A stretch of 64,000 nucleotides of DNA, taken from assembly GCF_009914755.1 (NCBI RefSeq), contig NC_060930.1; one strand, written 5' to 3'. Origin of the DNA: the human T2T-CHM13v2.0 reference genome, Homo sapiens. This document shows positions 43,508 to 60,510 of this stretch, in pieces (the first letter of the stretch is position 1; each line of letters begins with the position of its first letter). A program made the translations under genes and the position numbers. Under the pieces are notes generated by a model. The model was given only the letters and a program-made list of their open reading frames with translations, did no database searches and was not told the DNA's origin.

Positions 43508-43694
43508 AAAAATCCACATTTCTTTAAGAATAAGGTCTGTATTATTTCCTATAACATGAATAACTCACCCCCAAAATGCGGGATGTCATCCTTAAGTGTG
43601 TCACTGATTTGGGTTATAGAAAATGGTAAGTGGGTAAATAAAAATTCCCCAAAGCTCTCTTACCATAATCCAAGCTTTTTCCTTCATTGAGCAT

Positions 43695-43840
43695 TCTCCT
43701 GATTATCGTAAGATTTTGTTTTGATTCCAAAACTCACAAAAGTTGATTCTGACAATTTTTGCAATCTTAGTGTTTGCTTTTGCAGTGTGACAGAGTTTTG
43801 GAGTTCTCTATTCTATTGTTTTTTTTCCCAAGGCCATTCT
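43695..43840 (-). mobile_element. Old L1M/HAL1 5' fragment
   Basis: aagttgattctgacaatttttgc...gcttttg...ggagttctctattc. Confidence 0.45.
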
Positions 43841-44582
43841 AACTTACTTTTTAATACTGATTTTAATTTACAATTAGAATAGTCACTTCTTGCAGTGTGG
43901 ACTTTTATTTTATACTACTTTTGATGGTTCTCTACTATGAAGTCCAGAATTCTACATATAGTAAATATTAAACAGTATTTTGAGAGTGAATGCATGAATG
44001 AATCAATAAATCAGTGTCCACATAAAGAGGTTTTATTACCTGCCTAAGTGACTGATTCTGCAGTATAAGAATCCTGAATGTAAGATAATTTTCCTTATAC
44101 TCTAAAGTATATTATTTATAGTCACATTAATTTTCCTTTGCTCAATTGTTAGTGAAGATCGAAAACATACCATCACTATATATATTTTTATAATATCTTT
44201 GTATACACAGAATCGTTTTTAATGTAATCATCTCATAATTTCCTCAATCTAAAATAAACAGTATTTTATCCCTTCCCAATTAGTTTTATTTTCTGCCTGA
44301 ATTATCCAGATAAGGATTGGAAAATAGCGACCTATTAGTTTGCGGTCTTAAATTCACTTGGGAGTTGAGCAATCCTTTTGCAATAAACTTTGGTTTAAAA
44401 ATTTTTAATTGACTGTGATAATATGAAATAGTCACAGAAATATACCCTTGGGGATGATATTTCTTCCACAGTGCTAGTGACTGACCTGATGTAGTTCATG
44501 GATTTTCCATGGTTGATGCAGTTGAGTAAGGGTTATTCCCTTACAAGCAGATCCAGGATTGAGACTGACAAACTTAGAGTGA

Positions 44583-44898
<316 letters not shown>

Positions 44899-45173
44899 TG
44901 AAAGACCGTTTCCATACTTTATAACAAAAGTCTAACAAACATCTATATAAAAATAGAGTTTTTAAAATGCTGAAAGTGGTATTGTTTAATGCCCTGCATT
45001 TATTTTCATGGAAATACTGTTTTAGAATACTCACATGTGCCAGGCAAATTCCTTGATACTTTTAGTAATTATTTCTTGCAATATAATGCTAACACCTTAA
45101 ATTAGGTACAAGGTCACCATCTTAGGGAGACTAAGGATCAGAGCTGCAAAGGAATTTACAGGAAGATAGCAGC

Positions 45174-45628
45174 TGTAGAGGAGCACCACTCTGATTGCCC
45201 CTTCAGGAGAAATCTCACCATGAAGAAATTGGTCAGCACTAGGCTGACCCTCTCCAATTGCAGTGCCTTTAGAATTCCTACAGCAGTGTAGCTGGAGATA
45301 TGCTCTTCTCAGGCAGTGTCAGCCAATGTTCAAGTACAGTAGAACAACAGGGTTTGCTCAAGGAAGGATTCCTCTGCTGGCAATCTTTGCTTTAGAGCTT
45401 GCCTTTGGGCTCTAGACTTTCTCAGATTTGTACCACAGTCTGAGTCTCCTCCTTCCCAGCTGTCTTCCCTTTCTTCCACAGGTATCAGACCTGATCTACA
45501 GCCTGAAAGGTCTTCCTGCCCACTCTTACTCCTTCTACTGTTATCTTTGACACACATTACTCCAAATAAATATCTTCTACTGCAAACTCTGTTTTGGCAT
45601 TTTCTTTCCAGAAGATTCGAATTTACAT
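45174..45628 (+). mobile_element. ERVL solo LTR (LTR40/LTR41-like)
   Basis: tgtagaggagc...cccttcagga start; aataaa...tctgttttggcattttctttccagaagattc end. Confidence 0.55.
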
Positions 45629-46562
45629 GGGCAGAAAGAATAACATATTGAAAGCAAGGAAGAGTTATTTACCTATTTGGGGTAGATGTCGTTGCTATTA
45701 AGCATACTTAGGTTTTAATTCTGTTTCTCCCAGTTAGCAATTTAGTCTTTTTGCACTTTAATATTCTTTTTGTAAAATGAGGACAATCACATCTACATTG
45801 GTTGTTGTAAATTTCTCGAATGATGTAGTAAAACCTAGCCCTTAGTAGTCTCTCAAAAAAAGGTAAATGTTACCATTTTTGTTTACCATTGTTGTTGTTA
45901 AGAAAAATAATATTATATATTAAATATTATAAAATAAAATATATAATAATATATTATATATTTAAATATTGATTCTAGTTTTAAAATTTAAACATTTCTT
46001 CCCCCACAAACTATTTCTTTTCTATGCTCCATACCTCTTCCCAGCATGATTCTAATGAATGATTTAGGCTTTATATTTCTTAACAGATTGTTATTTTCTA
46101 GATGAGACATTGAGTTTATATTGCCACAAAATGTTTGAATTGGTGATATACTGTAATGATATTCAACTATCTGCACAGTAATTTGTAGTACCTGCCAACA
46201 ATCAGTAACATAGCTCTAAATGTCTGAAAATGGCATCACATACATTTTCTGGTCAATTATCTTCTAAAAGGATTAGTCAAAGAGGATACATGATTTGACA
46301 GTAAAATGCTTAGACCCAAAATGAAAAAGTTTACTGTCAAGTTTAAGTCATCTCCCTAACTAACTATGATTTGGGGCAGTCATTAACTCACACAAAACTT
46401 TAGTTTCCTTATTTATAAAATGGAGAAATTAGGACAGTTTATTTCTAAAGTCTGATTCAGCTATAAAATCTAAATACTGATTATAACTAGTTCCCTAGAA
46501 TTTACAATTTAAGGCCACAAGTTATACCATAATATTCCTAGATGTTCAATATTGTAGGGTAA

Positions 46563-46920
<358 letters not shown>

Positions 46921-48599
46921 TAAGAAAATGAGGAAATAGTCAAATGGATCACTATTTGCTAATAGTTTAATAAATTATATGAGACAATCAATCCTTGGAT
47001 TGTTCATTTGATCTTATTTATTCCTAAAAGATTACTGCAATAGGGATACACATTAGAATTAATAGAATTTTTTTTAATTTCACCAGAAATTATTTTCAAA
47101 GAAATCAAGCAAAATTTTTCTACAGACCCTTTCCTGAATACAGAATATCAGGAGAAACATGCACAAATTTATTCTGCTAAAGATGTTAAAAAACTTAGAA
47201 ATATAAAACTCAGGATATTTCTATTCTATGTCTACAATAGAAGCTATGCCAGAGTTTCTAGACTATGAGTTGGTGTCATTATGAGGAATATGTTTAAGGT
47301 TTATGTGTAATAATGTCATCCAAAGCAATGTAGGTTCAGAATTTTACCCAAACTGAAGAGATTGTATTTGGCTTCTAGATCAATGATAGGCATGACATTA
47401 AAAGCCCACAGTTAACATCAATAAGTAAGAGTAGGTCACTGGTAATTAAGAATGGAAATGCCACCATCTCCAGCAGTTGAAATCTCACTGCAAGTGATCT
47501 GAATTCAATTAGAAAAACCAGAGGGGGTAGATATAAAAACAGTTGGCTAAAGACAGGTATGCTTCAATTCAGTACTCATATAGGGTCTACTATGAACAGT
47601 ACTATGATAAACTCTGTAGATCTAAAAATGAATCAGAAATGGTCCCTCCCATCAAGAAAGAATGATTTAATAGAAACATGAAGTTTAGTCTAGTAGTAGT
47701 AATGGGCAATTGATGCAAGCTGTTATTTCTTAGTGCATAAATAGGACAAACCAAGAGTGTTAAATTTCAGCAAAGATGCAAATTATTTAGTGAGTTAGGA
47801 ACTATAATGTCCCAGAGACAAAGGTAGGGAGACAGACATCATAACATATCAATAATAACATTATCAGACAAAAGCAACTGTATCTGCTCATCTAAGGATT
47901 TGTTCTATGTGACAATGACTGCTTTGCATATTGGTTGGCACTGAATCTTTCACAACACCAAAAGTTGAATCATCTTAGGGTGAAAGAAACAATAATAAAA
48001 TAAACAGAATTTTTCTCTCCAATATCTTTCTCTTTCTTTCTCTTTCACTACACACACACATGTAGACACATACACACACCTCAAATGGTACTGACCCTTA
48101 ATTATTTATTTTGTAGTGGTAAAAATCAATGCAGAGCTCGATTTGGAGAATGACTATTTCCAATGACAATGAAGGTTAAATAGAATGCTATAATTGCCAT
48201 TGCTTTTAGAATATCTGGGGGAAGCCTCTGAACTGGATTAAATGAGAATAAAGATAGCCAGCAATATTTGATGCTTAAATTATAAATTTGATTTAAACAT
48301 GATGGAATATTTTAGATGATAAAGTAATAAACTTCTCTATTCTTCACAAATCTTATTGGCATAAGAAAGTTAATAGAATGACAGGAGTATGACACTGTTG
48401 ATGCCATTTAAATATAACTGTCTCTAAAAATGCTTTGGAAACAAGGCAGTGTTTAGGAAGTATAAGAAACCTTTATATAAGCCAAAGTTGCTGAGATTCA
48501 ATGTATCATTTTTTTCTTTTCTGTGAGCTAATAGCAGCTAGCCCTTCGAAGATCTATACAATACTTGATTACTAGAAATAGTAGGATATGGCTTGTTAA

Positions 48600-48790
48600 C
48601 AATAGTAATTTCTCACAGTTGCTGAGTGCTTACTATGTGTAGACCCTGGGTTTGGTGTTCCTGCTTTGCCTTAGCTCACTTAGTTCTCACAACACCACAA
48701 TGAAGTATGTTCTTTCATTATTTCCATTTTATGTGTGAGGCAACTGAGACTGTCAACCCATTCTCAGGTCATTCTGACTCTAGAACTTGC
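48600..48790 (-). mobile_element. MIR SINE
   Basis: ctgagtgcttactatgtg...ttccattttatgtgtgaggcaactgagac. Confidence 0.7.
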
Positions 48791-49899
48791 TTCTCTTGTC
48801 TTACAGACCTCAGTTGTAACACAGTAGGTGCTAAAATCATACATACAATGCTTATTTCACCTATTTGAAAATAAAATTGCTTTTTACGCCAAGGTTCACA
48901 CATATGTCTGTTTTGTTGCTTTACTCTGGGGCTATGTTATGGGTGCATGCTTTGTCCTTCAAGCAGAATTGACTTCTTTGGTCTGCACCAGTCATTCAAT
49001 ATAACTTAAGGCAATTTGCTGCCAGCGTTTCTACATATCTTTACATTTCTTATAGATGCATGCCTGTATTTAAATAGTATTTATTGATGTTATTCTAAAT
49101 ACTCCCTGCTTTGGGGTGGTAACATTACACATACATTCCACGACAAATATGCCTTGTAAATATATAGTTGCCTGTTTTTCTGGTTCTTTGTAGACAGTCT
49201 TTCCAAAGGTAAAATTCAAATGCTCTAATCAATGTTCCCCTCCAGCAAAAGAAAAATGAAAGGCAAATAAGGATGATGCTGTTTGTTAAATGCGAAGTAT
49301 CTCCCAATTATTTTTGTGATACTCTACTTAATTCCACCTGCAAAGATTAGGAATCAATTATTTAGTGCAAAACATTTAAATCTAGTATCAGAATCTGGAT
49401 GAGGATAAAAAGAAATTCTAAATATGTTTCCTACACAGATCTCAGTACCATTACAATAAGTTGGATGCTTTCCAATCTAGTCATTAGACTATGAGTCTTT
49501 TTATGTGTCTGTGTCCAGATCTCTGTGGGTATCCATAAAATATGTTCTTGCTGGCAATCTATGTCTGCTGTTTATCCACAACTTTGTAGCACACATGATC
49601 TCAAGGAAATTATTTAAGGTGACTGTATCTCCATTTCTTTATTTGTAAAGGAAGGGGGCTGGGTCAGATAACCCACGATATCCATGCCAGAACTAAAACA
49701 TATTGATTCTGTAGCTAAGAATGGTGATTTATAGGAACTACTGCGCAGTTTAAAGCAACTGCTATCAAATTGAAAACACTCATTTATTCTTCCATTTTCT
49801 ATAAATCATACTTTCACAGATACCAGAAAAATTATTACCATCATTGCTGATAGGAAATTCTAAATTCCTGCTTGCCCTGGAATTATTAGATAGCTCATT

Positions 49900-50185
49900 C
49901 CTTTATACTCTGTCATTTTTAGCACAAGGCCAGAGAACAGAGGTTTCTGGCAAATCAGGATGTGATCATGAGATAAGATTCATGAGAATGAAAAGCCAAC
50001 ACATTGAGGTTGAAGAGCAGAGAAGTAGAAAGAGTTTTTGATGACAATAGTGAGCAGCAAAAGCAAGACAAGCAACTTCCTTTCTCTGGATATTCTGTTA
50101 TGAGAGAAAAATAGGTTTTTATTTTGCAAGGCAGTTGCTTAGGTTTTTCTATTACTTGAAGCTAGATACACTCCAGCTAATCAAA
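49900..50185 (+). mobile_element. Old MaLR/ERVL LTR 3' portion
   Basis: gaatgaaagccaacac...ctctggatattctgttatgagagaaaa...ggttttctattacttgaagc. Confidence 0.5.
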
Positions 50186-50980
50186 GTTTAGAGTTACCCA
50201 CACTTTTGGATTAGATGAAGTTTAAGAACTATGAAATCTATTTGCTAATTGACACTGAGCTATATGGTGTTATTTTAGCCTTTTAATGTTTTCTTGTGAT
50301 TGATGAGATATTTGTATTAAATGCTTCAGTTTTATGCACTTGTTTGTATTATTTTTTCTTTTTCACTTAGTGAGTTAGCAGCTATCATGGATAAATTTCT
50401 GCATTTAGAATTTAATAGAAATCTTTTTCTGTTGGCAGACATTCCTTGATGTCATTTGTTATTTATTTTCAATTCTCTCCAGGTTTACCTCTTTCACTGT
50501 GTACAGATTATGACAAATGATCAGCAATCCCAAGTTATTTACTTGATGTGAACATTTCCAAGAGCAAAATATTTCAATACTACCATCATGGATTATCAAA
50601 TCAAAGTACTGAAAGTGCTTCAAACAAAACAGAAGCATAGTTTACTGACATCTTCCAAGTCCCTTGTTGAATCCCAGAGGATAAAAATAAGTCTATTTAT
50701 ATATAAGGATAATAATATTTAATCTAATCCCCATCTCATCTTTTGAGAATAATATGTTAGCCTTCGGAGATACTTTTGAGATATCAAGTGAATTGCATAG
50801 CATTAAAAAAAATGACTGATTAACTTTGTCAAAATGATAGAAGTGGCTTATGAATCTTTACCTTTCATCATGTTTTCACAGGAATATTTAAAATGCTTTT
50901 CTTTAGAAATGAATATTTTGCAACTTACACAAACACTTGAAACCAACTCAAGAATTGTAAGGGGCCCTCAGAAATAGATT

Positions 50981-51180
50981 CTAGGGCAACCTCATCCAAT
51001 CTTATGAACCCTTCAATTACACACCCTATGTCCAGTGGATATTCTTTAGTTGATTGAATATAGATCTGCTGATAGATAACTTTCTACACACAGAATGTAG
51101 ATCTGGTAATAGATAACTCTCTGCACATCTGTTTCTTGCACAAGTATAATTAATTGAAAGTTCTCACTCTTAAGCTGATA
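50981..51180 (+). repeat. Donor copy of a 200-bp local duplication (L3-like remnant with an internal ~36-bp tandem repeat)
   Basis: About 84% identical by manual alignment to 52045-52244. Confidence 0.9.
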
Positions 51181-51739
51181 TCTGTCTCATGTAATTATAC
51201 CTATTGGTACTACCATTAAATCCGTATTTCAACATTTGTTTACACAACATCTTGAGTCTTCAAATACTTTACTGAAGCAAAAATATATTACATATCAATT
51301 GCATTTCAACAATTTAACAAGGTAGTCACTTTTTCAGAAAGTGTTCATCTGGCTATCTGCCATTACTTGAGTTGAGCAAACTCATGTGGTCTTCTAGTGA
51401 TTGTCATTCACTTTTTCTATACTCATAAGTCATCTCTTTAAGTTGTCTACCTGGTTTCTTGCCTGGACCAGGATCAATGTCAAATAAGTGTATGTCAAGA
51501 TTACACAACACCTTGCAACATATAAAAGAGTTATCAAGTCCAATAGTTCCATAAAAACTCGTGGGCTATATTTAAAAAGAAAAATAAGATTTTTCATTAT
51601 TTACAAAGTATATGACTTAGAATCTAAAAAATAACTTACAGTAAGAATTTAGCAATTTTGTTAATTTTGTTAAAAAGAAAATGATTTATTCACTGAAACA
51701 GTTTTTAACAATAATTTGAAATTGATAAAAACAAAATAT

Positions 51740-52727
51740 ACTTATTTTGTATGTACAATGTACAGATTTTACTATTATATATTATGTATAATAGTAAAAT
51801 CAATTCCATTTGATTGATTCTAACAATATACTTTTGTTTATGTTTTTTGCCAATCTAGTGCATTTGTAGGTAACCTATGGTTGCAAAAAATGAAAGAATA
51901 TAACCTGCACGTGAATGTTAGTTGGTATTTAAATTTACATGAAAAAGTAAGATTAAAGTGAAAAAAATATATATGTCAGAACTTCACTCATTCATTAGTG
52001 GTATGAGAGACTTTTTTACTTAAGTAGATAATAGTTTTTGAATACTGGGGCAACCACATCCAATCTCATGAAACCTTCAGTTATACACGTATGTCCAGTG
52101 TACATTTATCAGTTGGTTGAATATAGATCTTGTGGATAGTTAACTTTATACACATAGAATATAGATCTGGAAATAGATAACTCGCTACACATCTATTTCT
52201 TGCACAAGTCTAATTAATTGAAAATTTTCGCTCTTGAGCTGACAGGGTATATTTCCTTAAATTTTTTGTGTTAGTCACAACAGACTGCTAGTCACTTCTA
52301 CCAAGTTTATTCTGTATTAAACATTTTTATCCATCACTTTCTTAAGTCTGGAATACAAAAGTGATAAGCTAAGCATTTACAGATTTTCATGGAGTTAATA
52401 CTGTAACTGTTAGCAATTTCATGCTGCCAATATTGCATCACCAAACATGGATTGGAAAGAGATGTGCAGTAATTCACCATTATATCATATTTCCACCATA
52501 CTAATACAATAAACATAAACAATAGACATAAATAACCTCAAGAACATAAAATAATTAGAAAGTAATGAGTTTTGAGTAATATCTGTTTTAAATATAATTT
52601 AATTAATTTTACTTATATAAAATTTAATTTTTACTGATGGCCATATTTAAAATGGGGCTCGCAATATTCCTAAAAATTTAATGATGGGTTCTTGCAATGC
52701 AATACAAGCCAGTTCACACGCACCACT
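51740..52727 (-). mobile_element. MER63-type hAT-Blackjack DNA transposon, interrupted at 52045-52244
   Basis: Reverse begins agtggtgcgtgtgaactggc...; internal ccatcactttcttaagtct and tatgtcagaacttcactcattc match recalled MER63C/D. Confidence 0.75.
52045..52244 (+). repeat. Inserted copy of 50981-51180
   Basis: Direct-orientation copy about 1.06 kb downstream of the donor. Confidence 0.9.
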
Positions 52728-52884
52728 AAATGTAGCACAAGGTGAGGCATAATAAGAACACTCTGGATGTATAGATGCTCTTAAAACTTTTGCCTTTTCC
52801 CAAGAGTAAACAGAAGCTATTGGAAATCATTGCAGAGGCCTGTTAGGAATGTTAACGCGAACATCTAACGCGAATGTTAGATGT

Positions 52885-53560
52885 TCTCCCTCTACTGCTC
52901 AGTTGTGGTGTGTCCATGAGGAATTTTCTTAGTCTGTTTGTGTTCCAGCCTTCTCAGCTGTAAAATGAAAGTAATAATGACAAAAATGATACATATCTCA
53001 TGTTTGAAATGAGGTAATATACATAAAGTCCTTAGAGCAAGGTCTAGAACATAGTAAATACTTAATATACATTAACCATATTATAATTGAATTTTAAGAC
53101 AGAATATAATATGATCAGATTTACAGTTTAAAAGATCACTCTGCTTGTTGTATGGAGTACTCAACTGTGGTACTCAATTATGGTAGAAAATGCAGTTAAA
53201 CATCTACTGTCATCCTGGGGTGGTTCTTGGATTCAGTTGGTGAGAATAGAGACACAGACAACTACACAAATTTTGAAAGACATCAAAAAGAAAGAGCATT
53301 GGACATGTCAAGGATAACTCCCAGGTTTTTAAATTAGGCAATCGATAGATTTCTCCTTCACTTAGAAAGAGAATAGTGGAAAGGTATTACTTTAGAGCCA
53401 GGTGGGAGATCATTAGTTTGGTTTTAGAATTTTATATATATATGAAGTGCAGTTAGGACTTTCAGGACATGTGGAATAGGTCGAGGAGAATTCTGGGCTG
53501 TAAATACATTTTGGAGTTATTGACATAAAAATGAAGATAGTTAAAGACACAAGGGTAAAT
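52885..53560. mobile_element. MIR (+, ~52885-53080) followed by L2 (-, ~53090-53560)
   Basis: ttctcagctgtaaaatg...aacatagtaaatacttaata; atgatcagatttacagtttaaaagatcactctg. Confidence 0.65.
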
Positions 53561-54858
53561 ATTGCGGGCAAGATGCCGAATAGGAACAGCTCCGGTCTGC
53601 AACTCCCAGCGAGATTGATGCAGAAGGCGGGTGATTTCTGCATTTCCAAATGAGGTACCCGGTTCATCTCATTGGGACTGTTTGGACAGTGGGTGCAGCC
53701 CATGGAGGGCGAGCCGAAGCAGGATGGGGCGTTGCCTCACCCAGGAAGCTCAAGGGGTTGGGGAATTTTCTCTCCTATCCAAGGGAAGCCGTGAGGGACT
53801 GAGCCTGAGGAACTCCGGCACAGATACTGCACTTGTCCCATGGTCTTCGCAACCTGCAAACCAGGAGATTCCCTCTGATGCCTACCCCTCCAGGGCCCTG
53901 GGTGTCAAGCACAAAACTGGGCAGCCATTTGGGCAGACACCAAGCTAGCTGTAGGAGTTCCTTTTTTTCCATACCCCAGTGGCTCCTGGAAGGCCAGCGA
54001 GACAGAACCATTTACTCCCCTAGAAAGGGGTGCTGAAGCCAGGGAGCCAAGTGGTCTGGCTCGGTGGGTCCCATCCCCATGGAGCCCAGCAAACTAATAT
54101 CCACTGGCTTGAAATTCTCACTCCCAGCACAGTGGAAGTCTGAGATTGACCTGGAACACTGGAGCTTGGTGGGGGGAGGGGCATGCACCATTTCTGAGGC
54201 TCGAGTAGGTGGTTTTACAAGCACAGTGTAAACAAAGCCACTGGGAAGTTTGAACTGGGCAGAGCCCATTGCAGCTTAGCAAGGCTGCTGTGGCCAGAAT
54301 GCCAGATTTCTCTTCTCTGGGCAAGAGAAAGAAAAAAGGCAGCAACACCAGTCAGGGACTTATAGATAAAACCCCCATCTCCCTGGGACAGAGCACCTGG
54401 GGAAAGGGGTGGCTGTGGACACAGCTTCAGCAGACTTAAACATCTCTGAAGAGCACAGCAGACCTCCTGGCACAGCATTCAAGCTCTGCTAAGGGTCAGA
54501 CTGCCTCCTCAAGTGGGTACCTGACCCCTGCATATCCTGACTTGGAGACACCTCCCCGTAGGAGCCGACAGACACCTCATACAGGAGAGCTCTGGCTGAC
54601 ATCTGGCAGGTGCCCCTCTAGGATGAAGCTTCCAGAGGAAAGATCAGGCAACAATCTTTGCTGTTCTGCAGCCTCTGCTGGTGACACCCAGGCAAATGGG
54701 GTTGGGAATAGACCTCCAGCAAACTACAGCAGACTGGCAGCAGAGGGGCCTGACTGTCAGAAGGAAAACTAACAAACAGAAAGGAATAGCATGTCCACTT
54801 GAAGACCCCATTCAAAGGTCACCAAGATCAAAGACCAAGGGTAGATAAATCCACAAAA

Positions 54859-55877
54859 ATGGGGAGAAACCAGTGCAAAAGCCTGAAAATTCCAAGAACC
54901 AGAAAGCCTCTTCTCCTCCAAAGGGTCACAACTCCCTGCCAGAAAGGGAACAAAACTGGACGGAGAATGAGTTTGACAAACTGATAGAAGTATGCTTCAG
55001 AAGTTGGGTAATAACAAACTCCTCCGAGCTAAAGGAGCATGTTCTAATTCAATGCAAGAAAGATAAGAACCTTGAAAAAACGTTAGGACGAATTGCTAAC
55101 TAGAATAACCAGTGTAGAGAAGAACATAAATGGAATGGAGCTGAAAAACACAGCACAAGAACTTCGTGAAGCATACACAAGTTTCAATAGCCGAATCGAT
55201 CAAGCAGAGGAAAAGCTATCAGCGATTGAAGATCAACTTAATGAAATAAAGAGAGAAGACAAGATTAGAGAATAAAGAATAAAAAGGAATGAATAAAGCC
55301 TCTAAGAAACATGGGACTATGTGAAAAGACCAAATCTAGGTTTGATGTTCCTGAAAGTGATAAGGAGAATGGAACCAAGTTGGAAAACACTCTTCAGGAT
55401 ATTATCCAGGAGAACTTCCACAACCTAGCAAGACAGGCCAACATTCAAATTCAGGAAATATAGAGACACCACAAAGATACTCCTTGAGAAGAGCAACCCC
55501 AAGACACATAATTGTCAGATTCACCAAGGTTGAAATGAAGGAAAAAATGTTAAGGGCAGCCAAAGAGAAAGGTTGGGTTACCCACAAAGGGAAGCCCATC
55601 AGACTAATAGCAGATCTCTTGGCAGAAACCCTACAAACCAGAAGAGAGTGGGGGCCAATATTCAACATTCTTAAAGAAAAGAATTTTCAACCCAGAATTT
55701 CATATCCAGCCAAACTAAGCTTCATAAGTGAAGGAGAAATAAAATCCTTTACAGACAAGCAAATGCTGAGAGATTTTTGTCACCACCAGGCCTGCCTTAC
55801 AGAGGCTCCTGAAGGAAGCACTAAATATGGAAAGAAATAACCAGTACCAGCCACTGCAAAAACATGCCAAATTGTAA
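54859..55877 (+). pseudogene. L1 ORF1 (frameshifts and stops)
   Basis: Split across ORF-track entries 54799, 54873, 55093 and 55484. Confidence 0.9.
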
Positions 55878-55936
55878 AGAACATCAACACTATCAAGAAA
55901 CTGCATCAACAGGCAAAACAACCAGCTAGCATCATA

Positions 55937-59751
<3,815 letters not shown>

Positions 59752-60384
59752 ACAATGAGAGCACATGGACATAGGAGAGGAACATCACACACTGGGGCCT
59801 GTTGGTGGGTGGGGGGTTAGGGGAGGGATAACATTAGGAGAAATACCTAACGTAGGTGACAGGTTGATGGGTGCAGCAAACCACCATGGCGCGTGTATAC
59901 CTATGTAACAAAACTGCACATTCTGCACATGTACCCCAGAACTTAAAGTATAATAAAAAAAATTGCCTTTCAGTGGATTGGAATATGTGGTAGAAACAAC
60001 ACACCTTGTCTGAGGATTATTAATGCTGAAAGGTTATATTGAAGAAAAAATGTCAGAGAAAACCTGTTATTCAAGGCAGAGATTATTATCTCCATTTCAC
60101 AGATAAAACTGATGCTCACTTCTAGATTTTAAGTAAATTTGTCTGAAGTCATATAGTTATAATGGAGCTGGGAGCTTCATATAGTGGAGCTGGGATTAAC
60201 TCATTTTTTAATCTGTTCTTGGTTTATATGCCACACTTTATTGAGTGTCTTGCTATCAACTTCAGCCTTTTGATTAAATGTCATGTGTCCAGTACCCAGT
60301 AATCGGTAGTTTCTTCTTCCTCCATTCTCTTTCTGCGCTGGAAGATCCATCAGTGTCCAACTGAGTTTCTTATTCTGCAATATA

Positions 60385-60510
60385 GGAAAGAAAGGGAGAG
60401 AGACAGAGGTGGAGAAACAGAGAGACAGAGACAGAGGCAGAGAGAGAGATAAAGATAGAGAAATAGACAGTGAGACAGTGAGAGAAAAGGGGAAAGAGAG
60501 GAAGAGCTGG
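60385..60510. repeat. GA-rich low-complexity (GAGACA)n tract
   Basis: Direct reading. Confidence 0.85.

Noticed and set aside
45900-45972. AT-only quasi-repeat with hairpin potential
   Set aside because: Low-complexity slippage tract.
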